Shown here piece by piece: positions 38,523-49,000 of a stretch of DNA of 64,000 nucleotides. Under the pieces are notes generated by a model that searched no databases, had not been told where the DNA came from, and saw only the letters and a program-made list of their open reading frames with translations. How positions within the stretch are numbered: position 1 is the stretch's first letter; each line of letters begins with the position of its first letter. This stretch comes from Laetmonice hystrix. Its lineage: Eukaryota. A program made the translations under genes and the position numbers. The stretch lies in NCBI GenBank assembly GCA_965235115.1, contig OZ249436.1, positions 37,636,001 to 37,700,000 of the forward strand, written 5' to 3'.

Positions 38523-40030
38523 TTAGGGTTTACTAGTAACTATGGCCCAATCTTCAACCATTTACAAGTTATAGCCCTGAGAAAATGCCAGTGACATTCT
38601 CATGACGTCATAGATCACGTGACCTGGAAAATGAAGGTGCATAATGAAAGAGCATACATGACTTCCTATTCGTGTGTAATAGTAACTATGGCTGTATCTT
38701 CAACGATTTACAAGTTATAGCCCTCGGAAAATATTGGTGACGTCGTTATGACGTCATAGGTCATGTGACCCACAAAATAGTGGTGCCAAATGACAGACTA
38801 TATATAACTTCCTATTCGTGTTCAATAGTAACTATTGTCCTATCTGGCACTGTTTACAAGTTATAGGCTTGAGAACATATTGGCGACCTTGCTCTGACGT
38901 CATAGGTCACGTGACCTGGAAAATGAAGGTGTATAATGAAAGGGTACATATGACTTCCTATTAGTGTTTAATAGTAACTATGGCTCTATCTTCAACCATT
39001 TACAAGTTATGGCCCTGGGAAATATAGGTGACGTCGTTAAGACGTCATGGGTCACGTGACCTACAAAACAATGGTGCCAAATGAAAGACCATATATGATT
39101 TCCTATTCGTGTTCAAGAGTAACTATGGCTCTATCTGGCACCGTTTACAATTTATAGGCCTGAGAAAATGTCAATGACATCCTTATGACGTCATAGGTCA
39201 CGTGACCTGGAAAATGAAGGTGTATAATGAAAGAGCATATATGACTTCCTATTGGTGTTTAATAGTAACTATGGCTCTATATTCAACCATTTACAAGTTA
39301 TGGCCCTGGGAAAATATAGGTGACGTCGTTGTGACGTCATAGGTCACGTGACCTACAAAATAATGGTGTCAAATGAAAGACCATACTTCCTATTTATGTT
39401 CAATAGTAACTATGGCCCTATCTGGCACCGTTTACAAGTTATACCCATAAACATCTAAACTGGCCGCTGTTGAAAATTTTAAGGTCACGTGGTTCAGTAA
39501 ATATAGGTCAAATCGCTAATCCCTCTTTGTATGTTTTGAACCTTTCGATGTAGAGTGGTAATACCAGATATTGTCAAATTTTTCCCAGAAATGGGGAAGG
39601 GGTAGCGATTTAACCCGATTCTGACCCAGTCGCCAGTTCTCCTTAAGGTCAAAGGTCAAAGGTCAAATGAAGGGTCAACTTGAGACAGGACCCTTGCCTG
39701 ATTAAAACGCCATGATGGGTTTTGAAAATTTCGAATATGACTTTTAAAAAAATTGCCTCAATGTCCAAGACACGTTTGACGTCATGACGTCATGATGTGA
39801 CGTGACGTGACGTGATGATTGATTGTGTGACCTGACTTTGTCATGGTCAAGATCTGAGCCAAATTTGATTGAGATATCTTGAAAAATGACTGAGATAGAA
39901 CGAAATGTCTTAACTACTACTACTACTACTACAACTACAACGCAAAGAATAATAATAATAATAATAGGAAGACGAAACCAGACAATTTCAAGATCCCATC
40001 CCCTCCGTGGGGATGGGATAATAATAATAA

Positions 40031-42567
40031 CTAGTCATGTCGTGGCGAGACCACGATGGATCCCATCCCTGGGGTGACATGTCCTTTCTGATATTGAGTT
40101 TGAGTAGAGTTACGTTCAAGGCAGACACTTCCCGACACATCTGTAATAGGCAGTGGTGTTTGGGAAGTGCCAGGTAAGGTGTCAAGTTATGATCCTGAGA
40201 GAATATTTATGACATCCTTATGACGTCATAGTAACTATGGCTGCATCTTCAACCATTTACAAGTTATAGCCCAGGGAATATATAGGTGACCTCCTTATGA
40301 CGTCATAGGTCACGTCACGTACAAAACAATGGTGCCAAATGAAATATCATATATGACTTCCTATTCGTGTTCAATAGTAACTATGGCCCTATCTGGCACA
40401 GTTTACAAGTTATAGCCCTGGGAAAATATTGGCGACCTTGCTATGACGTCATAGGTCACGTGACTGGAAAATTATGGGTGCATAATGAAAGAGCATGTAT
40501 ATATGACTTCATATTAGGGTTTACTGGTAACTATGGCTCAATCTTTAACCATTTACAAGTTATAGTCCTGAGAAAAAGCCAATGACATTCTTATGACGTC
40601 ATAGGTCACGTGACCTGGAAAATGAAGGTGTATAATAAAAGGGTGCATATGACTTCCTATTACTGTTTAATAGTAACTATGGCTCTATCTTCAACCATTT
40701 ACAAGTTATGGCCCAGGGCAAATATAGGTGACGTCGTTATGACGTCACAGGTCACGTGACTCGAAAAATAATGGTCTCAAATGAAAGACCATATATGACT
40801 TCCTATTCGTGTTCAAGAGTAACTATGGCTCTTTCTGGCACAGTTTACAAATTATAGCCCTGAGAAAATGTCAATGACATCCTTATGCCGTCATAGGTCA
40901 CGTGACCTGGAAAATGAAGGTGTATAATGAAAGAGCATATATGACTTCCTATTAGTGTTTAATAGTAACTATTGCTCTATCTTCAACCATTTTCAATTTA
41001 TGGCCCTGGGAAAATATAGATGACGTCGTTATGACGTCATAGGTCACGTGACCCAAAAAATAATGGTGTCAAATGAAAGACCATATATGACTTCCTATTC
41101 GTGTTCAATAGTAACTATGGCCCTATCTGGCACCGTTTACAAGTTATAGACCTGAAAACATATTGGCGACCTTGCTCTGACGTCATAGGTCACGTGACCT
41201 GGAAAATGAAGGTGTATAATGAATGAGTATATATGACTTCCTATTAGTGTTTAATAGTAACTATGGCTCTATCTCCAACCATTTACAAGTTATGGCCCTG
41301 GGAAATATAGGTGACGTTTATGACGTCATAGGTCACGTGACCTCCAAAATAATGGTGTCAAATGAAAGACCATATATGACTTCCTATTCGTGTTCAAGAG
41401 TAACTATGGCTCTATCTGGCACCGTTTACAAGTTAAAGCCCTGAGAAAATGTCAATGACATTCTTATGACGTCATAGGTCACGTGACCTGGAAAATGAAG
41501 GTGTATAATGAAAGATCATATATGACTTCCTATTAGTGTTTAATAGTAACTATGGCTCTATCTTCAACCATTTACAAGTTATGGCCCTGGGAAAATATAG
41601 GTGACATCGTTATGACGTCATAGGTCACGTGACCTACAAAATAATGATGTCAAATGAAAGCCCATATCGACTTCCTATTCATGTTCAATAGTAACTATGA
41701 CCCTATCTGACACCGTTTACAAGTTATACCCATAAATATCTAAACTGACCGCTGTTGAAAACTTTAAGGTCACGTGGTTCAGCAAATATAGGTCAAATCG
41801 CTAATCCCTCTTTGTATGTTTTGTGATGTTAAAAGCCCTTCATAAAATTCATGAACAATTATGGCTCTGCCTTAAAGCTTTCAAGAGTTACAGCCAGGAA
41901 TCTTTCAAATGACCTAACTTTAAACTTGCAGGTCACGTGGTTCAGTAAATAGGGCGTAAACCCTTAAAAATTATGGTGCCAAATGAAAGAGCATATCACT
42001 TCCTATCTGTGTACAATAAAAAACATGGCCCTTATAGACAAGCATCTTCGAGTTTTAGCCATAGATATCTAAAATTGGCACCATTCAAAACTTCAATGTC
42101 ACGTGGTTCAGTGAATATAGGTCAAATCTCTAATCCCTCTTTGTGGGGTTTGAACCTTTCGTTGTAGTATGGTACTACCAGATATTGTCCAATTGTACAA
42201 AAAAATGGGGAAGGAGTAGCGATTCAAAAGGATTCTGACCCAGGAGCCAGTTCTCCCTAAGGTCAAAGGTCAAAGGTCAAATGAAGGGTCGATTTGAGAC
42301 AGGACCCTTGCCTGATCAAAACTCCATGATAGATATTGTAAATTCCCAATATGAACTTTAAAAATGGCCCCCAATGTCCCAAAAAATTGACGTCATGACG
42401 TGACGTCACGTGACGTCATGACTCATTGTGGGACCAGACTTCGTCATGGTCAAGATGTGTACCAAGTTTGGTTGAGATATCTTGAAAAATGACTGAGATA
42501 GACATAGTGTCTAACAACAGCCCACAACTACAATTTCAAAATCCCATCCCCTCCGTGGGGATGGGAT
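40031..42567 (-). mobile_element. HINE family A, copy A7 (chimeric/rearranged near 41820)
   Basis: Family A left end. At ~41823 the conserved block breaks and a second, diverged block follows. The terminal module is partly deleted. Confidence 0.7.
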
Positions 42568-42577
42568 AATAATAATA

Positions 42578-42876
42578 GGAAGACGAAACCAGACAATTTC
42601 AAGATCCCATCCGCTCCGTGGGGATGGGATAATAATAGGGAAGACGAAACCAGACAATTTCAAGATCCCATCCCCTGACGGGGGATGGGATAATAATACG
42701 GAAGACGAAACCAGACAATATCAAGATCCCATCCCCTGACGGGGGATGGGATAATAATAATAGGAAGACGAAACCAGACAATTTCAAGATCCCATCCCCT
42801 CCGTGGGGATGGGATAATAATAGGGAAGACGAAACCGTACAATCTGAAGATCCCATCCCCCTGTAGGGGATGGGAT
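42578..42876 (-). repeat. Five tandem ~60-bp orphan HINE terminal modules
   Basis: Units gaagacgaaacc...caat...gATCCCATCCCC-loop-GGGGATGGGAT separated by (aat)n. Loops are tccgt, tgacg, tgacg, tccgt and ctgta. Confidence 0.9.
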
Positions 42877-43032
42877 AATTAGGCCTACATGTATATTAGG
42901 CCAACCTAGATTGAGCAAAATATACTTACGTGCATGTGTGTGCACACTAATGATATCAGTAAATTCGAGCATTTTAATAGGGCTTGAACTTCTGTCATAT
43001 CAAAGCATGCTGTCCAAAGTTTAAATACGAAC

Positions 43033-46000
43033 ATGTCAACGTCGTGCCGTCTATGATGACTGGGGTGCTATGTCCGGCCATGGAGACGCTGCAAACCAGT
43101 ACCCGATAGGTGGTGCCACCTGCCAACCCTGGTATTGTCATTTCGACGGTTTCTCGTTGGGCATCCGCATCCACGCTTTTCCAACCATCTACAGTAAAAA
43201 GGTAGGCCTAGATGTATAGGAAGTGTTGATCCGTGCCATGCTTGTGTTGGAAAGGGGGAGTAGAGTTGGCGGGGAATATGATTTAATATGAAATGATTTT
43301 AGTCGTAATTATCAATCCTTGAATCCCTCGGCTGGGTTGTGTTTCACAAAATGTAGTTACCACCAGTATATTTTCAATAGGGATTTTAACGAACGACACG
43401 ATTACGATGGCTGTGAGTAGTGTGAAAAGGCTGGTTTTGGCGCACCTGACCCTATGTTATTCCAATGGGCCAAAAACGCCCCGCCAGTAGAGCCCCGCCA
43501 GCTGCAGAGGCGGGTCTCTGGGGTCACCCTGGGGTCACCCTGCGGTCACTGGGTCACGTCAGCGTTATGGACCAGCTGCAGAGGCGGGTCTCTGGGTTCA
43601 CCCTGCGGTCACTGGGTCACGTCAGCGCTATGGACCACCTGCAGAGGCGGGTCTTTGGGGTCACCCTAGGGTCACCCTGGGGGTCACCCTGTGGTCACTA
43701 GGTCACGTCGGCGCTATGGATAACAAGTCGACTCCTGCAGACGGAAAATGCCCTGCTATATTACCCAACAAGTCGACAAGAACCCCCCCCCCCGACGTCA
43801 GGGCTATTTATAGTCCCTGGGTCACCCTGGGGGTCACTGGGTCATGGGGGGTATGGGGGTGCGTGCGTCTGTATGGCTGGATGGATGAATGGACGGACAG
43901 ATGGTGTTTTCATTCACATATGGGGGGTGGGGTCTGTGACCCATAGACTTATAGGAGTTAGATGGGGCCGTTAGTCGAGAACGGTACTCGCCACGGGAAG
44001 GCCGCCCCAAAGGAGCACCATCTAAAATTTGGATGGGCAGGTCCGAAAAGTTTTCCTATAACTACAGGGTGAGTCCACCTAATGTTTCCTCCCCAAAAAG
44101 CTTCCCTATAACTACAGGGTGAGTCCACCTAATGTTTCCTCCCCTAAAAGCTTCCCTATAACTACAGGGTGAGTCCACCTAATGCCCTCCTATGCCTATA
44201 TACAGGGTGAGTCCACCTAATGTTTCCTCCCCAAAAAGCTTCCCTATGTCTATGTACAGGGTGAGTCCACCTAATGTTTCCTCCCCATCTCTATTATTTA
44301 CAAATACATGACCATGGGAATCATAAGCAAACATGAATGGTTTACAGCTAAATTAATAGCGTGCCAGTGACCATATTGATGATAAGTGGTTTACAACTAA
44401 ATTAATAGCATGTCAGTGACCACAATGATGATGGGTGGTAGATGACCTCAGCTTTCTACTGCAGTAATCTACCATCATGGTTCAGACTACATTACATAGG
44501 ACTTCCTGAGGATGATGTTTGCATTATGATACCCACAGGGTGGCCTCCTAGACGTTTTGAAGGTCTGACTGTTTCACCCACGAGTTGAATTTTTGTGGCC
44601 AATATTTCCATTTCACATAGACCATTTTGTTTTTCCCTTTTCCTTTATGCCTAATTATGTTTTCCACCTTCCAAATGTCGTTAGACGTCACTTTCTGAAG
44701 CTCTTCCTGATAAAATGTCCCGGTGACCTCATCGTTTTGGAAATCTATTAATTTGTAAAGGGGAAGACCTTTACGATGGAAGCGTTTGAAAATCTTAAAC
44801 ACCTCACCCGTCCATTTCTCGTCGTATTCTCGACTGAAGGGGTTGCGCAAATAGCTGATTCTCACATAGTCACCCATGTCATATTTAAAAGCTCTAGCTC
44901 GTTTCTTTGAAAGATAAGGCCAATACAGGTTCCACCAAAGGATCGTTTCGTTTTCCTTTGACACATCCGCTGGACTCATCTTGATGGAACGATGGTAGGT
45001 GTGATTGTAACTCTCAGCTATATCAGTTAGTATATCCACATAGTTGTAGGTTTGTTTTGCGGTGAAAAATCGGTAAATCCTAGATTTGACACTTTTAATC
45101 ACACGTTCTGCATAGTTGGCTTTGACTTCGTTTTGTGTGACAAAGTGGTGGACTTCGTTCTTCTTGAACATGACCTGGACAATTTTAGCCCGAAACTCCT
45201 GTCCCTTGTCACTTCGAAGATACTTAGGGCGTCGGCCTTCAGCCAAGACCACTTCAAAGGCGTGAGCCACTTCAGACCCTGTTTTTGTTTTGAGTGGTTT
45301 TAACCATAGGTAGCGAGAGAAGACATCGATGACGACCAATACAAAACGGACACCATTGTTAAATTTGGATAAACGAGTAAAGTCAATAAGGTCAGCATCC
45401 CACTGATCATCAATGCCAGATACGACCACTTTGCTTCTCTCGAATCTTCTCGAAACAGGTTTGTGAAGAGTGTAAGACTCTTGTTTTCGGAGCCATTCTT
45501 CAATGCTGTGTAAGGTGTATTGCTTCCCGTCAGTTAAAGTAGCTTTATACAGTTTTGAAGCACCCCCAAAACTGGCCGGATGTTTTGGATCATAGTACAA
45601 CGAAGTCAGGTAGGCGTCCATCCTCTACCCTGTCCCCATCGACAAATGAGTGAAAGTGCCGAATGTTTGTCTTATATGGCCTACACCTCTTTGTCCGTTT
45701 CTTCTTCTTCGTTGTCTGATTCTTCTTCTTCTTCATCTGATTCTTCTTCATCAGACTCAAACACTTCCTCGAATTCCAGTTTACGCTTGGTGAGTGCCTG
45801 TTTGATGGCTGCCTTTGTTGACATGCCGCCTTTTACAAGACTTTCTGCATGATCCAGAATAGCCTCTGTGACATGGTTGTGCCTCACATCCAGCGCTGTT
45901 TCCAGAAAATGTCTATACAAAGTAAAGAACTTCCCTATGTCGTCTCCCCGCACCAACCGATTGGCTCTCTTTTTAGCCTCGTCTATGGCTACTCCATTCT

Positions 46001-49000
46001 CAGTGAGTCGGGTGACCTCATTTTCCAAAGTTTCACTGTTTTCTTCTCTGGCTTTTTCCCATAATTCTATCATGGAAGGATAGTCAGCGATGCTGTCTTC
46101 TGTTTCAGTTTCAACATCATCATCTACTTCTTCCTTATCTGTTTCCTCCATGGTGCTAAGCCATTCGCCATTGAGATCAACACGTTTCTTTTTGTTAACG
46201 GGTTCAAGGTCGTCATTATTGTCTGGGCACCATTTCCGTATGTGTCTGTGTAGATCATACATGTTTGAAAACAACTGTCCACAATCTTCACAAGCATAAG
46301 TGTTCATTGTCGTAGGCTTCTTTTCCTCAGCCATGTGAGATGTATGATGTGGTGTCGTCTGTTGTAACCTGGGAGTGATGTGAGCAGGTCGACGGCCAAG
46401 TGGCAACTGAGGTGAATGACCAAAGACACTGCTTTTTATAAGTCTCTGCGAGTCTGGTGTAGTAGGCTTTAGATCCACCAACAAGTAGCCATAGGGTTCT
46501 CGTGTTGCATCCTCGAAAGCCTCCATGAAATATACAGTGTTACTGGGGTACATTTGTCTGCCGAAAGTCATTACTTGCTGTTTGTCTCCTGGGCTTTTGA
46601 ACAAAACCAAATAATGTGCATTGCGTCGTTGAGTTGGATCCTTATTGAAGTATAGATTTTGTGATAGGACGATGACAGAGAGGTTGCGATGATGGGACCC
46701 TTCAGTGAACAAGTCGGTGACCTGGGTATCTTTGGCTGCAGACGACATTAAATCGTCTAACACGATCAAATTTCTGGCTGAGGGATCGATGAAGCTATCT
46801 TGATCCAGATCGTGAGGGATGCCTTGGATAAATTCCACACAAGGTCGTACTGTATTTACAATGTCCGTATATAATGGCTGCCATCGCTTGTAAAGCCAAA
46901 TGATCCTCTGAGGCTTAGGTGAAATGTGCATTTGTTGCAACATATTTTTCACAAATGTAGTTTTCCCACATGCAGTCGGTCCACTCACGATCATGGTGAA
47001 AGTATGTTGAAACGGGTGTCTCTCCATATCCTGGTTGGAGAGGACTTGTTCTGATTCTTGTTCAGGAGTGACTCCCACTGGAGTGACTCCCACTGGAGTG
47101 ACTCCCACTGGAGTGACTCCCGGAGTGACTCCCGGAGTGACTCCGGGAGTGACTCCGGGAGTGACTCCGGGAGTGACTCCCGGAGTGACTCCGGGAGTGA
47201 CTCCGGGAGTGACTCCCGGAGTGACTCCGGGAGTGACTCCCGGAGTGACTCCCACTGGAGTGACTCCCACTGGAGTAACTCCCGGAGTGACTCCGGGATT
47301 TGCCCCACTTGGTGTAGGTAAACCAGTAGAAGTTTGTTGTCCAGTAGTATGAAACCGTGACATATGCCTAACGAGGTTGCTGTGTCGTGTGAAGGTCATA
47401 TGACAAGCTTGACAAACGTGAACTCTAACCATGATGTGCACCTCGCCACGTCTGAATAACGACTGACCATTTGTGTAAAAATCACTGTGTTTTATAGTGA
47501 CCATAGGCTAAGGTATCACAGCCGTTGTCCAGGATATACCGCTTGTCATCATAGGGGGAGAGGCTCGTTTTGTTCAAACACACAGTATAAAGTTCATGGT
47601 TGAAACTGCGAATCTGAGCCATTGTGTTCATCTTTGTGACCATATCAAAAAGTGTTTCTCTATAGTCTTTATGACGAAGTTGGTTTTTTTTTACTACCGC
47701 CCGGCTTATTCCTTTGGCTGTCTTTTTCTCTTTTCCAGCATAGAGTAAACTGTACATTTTCGATCTCAGGCCTACAAACTCGGAAGGTGGTACTCCAGCA
47801 CATTCATCCTTCATCTTACCTAGCACTTTTTTATTGACTGTGCTGTGGAGAAAATGGTCTTGGGGGTAGTCTGACGTATCGAAATGGCAAGCATCAGCGG
47901 CCATATCCATGTAGATGTCTGCCGTCGTTATTTCATAGCAGAGGCTGTCTGTGTCTGTGAACAGTAATTTTGCTTTTTCTTGATACTTCTGAAGTATGTA
48001 GGAGTAGTGAAAATCATACATGAGGGTCTTGGAAAGATCCAGAATGCAGAATCCAACGTAGATGGGTCGGTTCAATTTCAGTTTAGCTTTTCTCATGTGC
48101 ACTGCAGCCAGGTCTTCGTTAAACAGTTTAAAGGCATGAAAGGTGGGTTTACACGCCAGTTTCTTGACTTTTTTCTCAGAGTTGACCAGTTTAACATCAA
48201 TACGTTTGCGAAGATTTTCCATGGTTTTGCCAAAGACGCTGTTGTTCATCAACTTGAAGAAATCTTTCTGAAAATCGTTTGTAGCTGCTTTTCTTTTTTC
48301 CGTATTGAAATCAATGTAGTCTTTAAGCCAAGGTTTCTGTTGAAAGGCTAGCACGCGATGAACCTTGGTTAACACCATACCTAGAGATAAATAGAGTTTC
48401 AGGTTACGATAATGTAGGACGTAACGGGTTTTGGATTGTAGGTTTGGGACCAGTTTGCCGACTGAACCACTGCTGTGATTTAACGTCTGACAGTAGGAAG
48501 AGAGCATGTCGGCAGTGACGGTTAGTTTTTCAGGTGCAAGTGGGTAGTCGCTATGTAGGTCATGAAGATGTGAAGGGTAATCCAGATCTACTTCTAATAT
48601 ATATCCTTCCTTGCTGTCATCAGGTACCGTTGTCACATCGACGGGATCAGTCCAATAGAAACCGTGGGTGGGTAGAGGTTCTGACATGGCCCATCCGTAC
48701 AGGTTGTTGGCATCCAGATACATGATATATTTGGTGGGACTGTTTGGATCGAAGTCCGGGAGGTAAGGGTTGTTTGCCTTAGCGTAGCGGTTGGATATCA
48801 TAGATATACCACCTCGCAGTCCTTTCTCAATGAACAGGTGCATGTCCAAATCAGTCAGCAGCTCCAACTTTTGGTCAGTCATTTTTAAGCACGCCTGCCA
48901 AGCAAGACCAGGGGAGGTGTAAAAGTGAGCCGGGTCCAATTCGTAATAGGTAAGACAAACCACTCTAAAGTTTTCAAACACGTCAGCAAGCTGTAGCGTA

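Larger units (their letters stand above)
28613..40019 (-). mobile_element. HINE family A, copy A6 (complete; split by the LTR retrotransposon)
   Basis: The repeat array resumes in register after 38522 (tcatatt...ttagggtttac). Terminal module with a tccgt loop at ~39967-40019. Confidence 0.8.
1..42876 (-). mobile_element. Nested cluster of non-autonomous Helentron/DINE-1-like (HINE) rolling-circle elements (extends beyond the left edge)
   Basis: Read on the - strand, each unit runs: subTIR (ATCCCATCCCC-type) with an adjacent inverted copy, (TTA)n/(TAG)n microsatellites, a conserved block, central ~146-bp tandem repeats, subTIR, a short hairpin, and CTAG followed by TT. No TSDs are seen. This matches the established DINE-1/HINE/pearl architecture. 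Confidence 0.85.

Noticed and set aside
42530..42876. CRISPR-like array of ~60-bp hairpin repeats
   Set aside because: No unique spacers and no cas genes. The units are identical to HINE terminal modules elsewhere in the window, and the context is eukaryotic.
43454..43946. ORFs in the Polinton TIRs (mirrored at 51133-51693)
   Set aside because: GC-rich subrepeat frames, duplicated only because of the inverted repeat. They are too short and unlike capsid or protease proteins.
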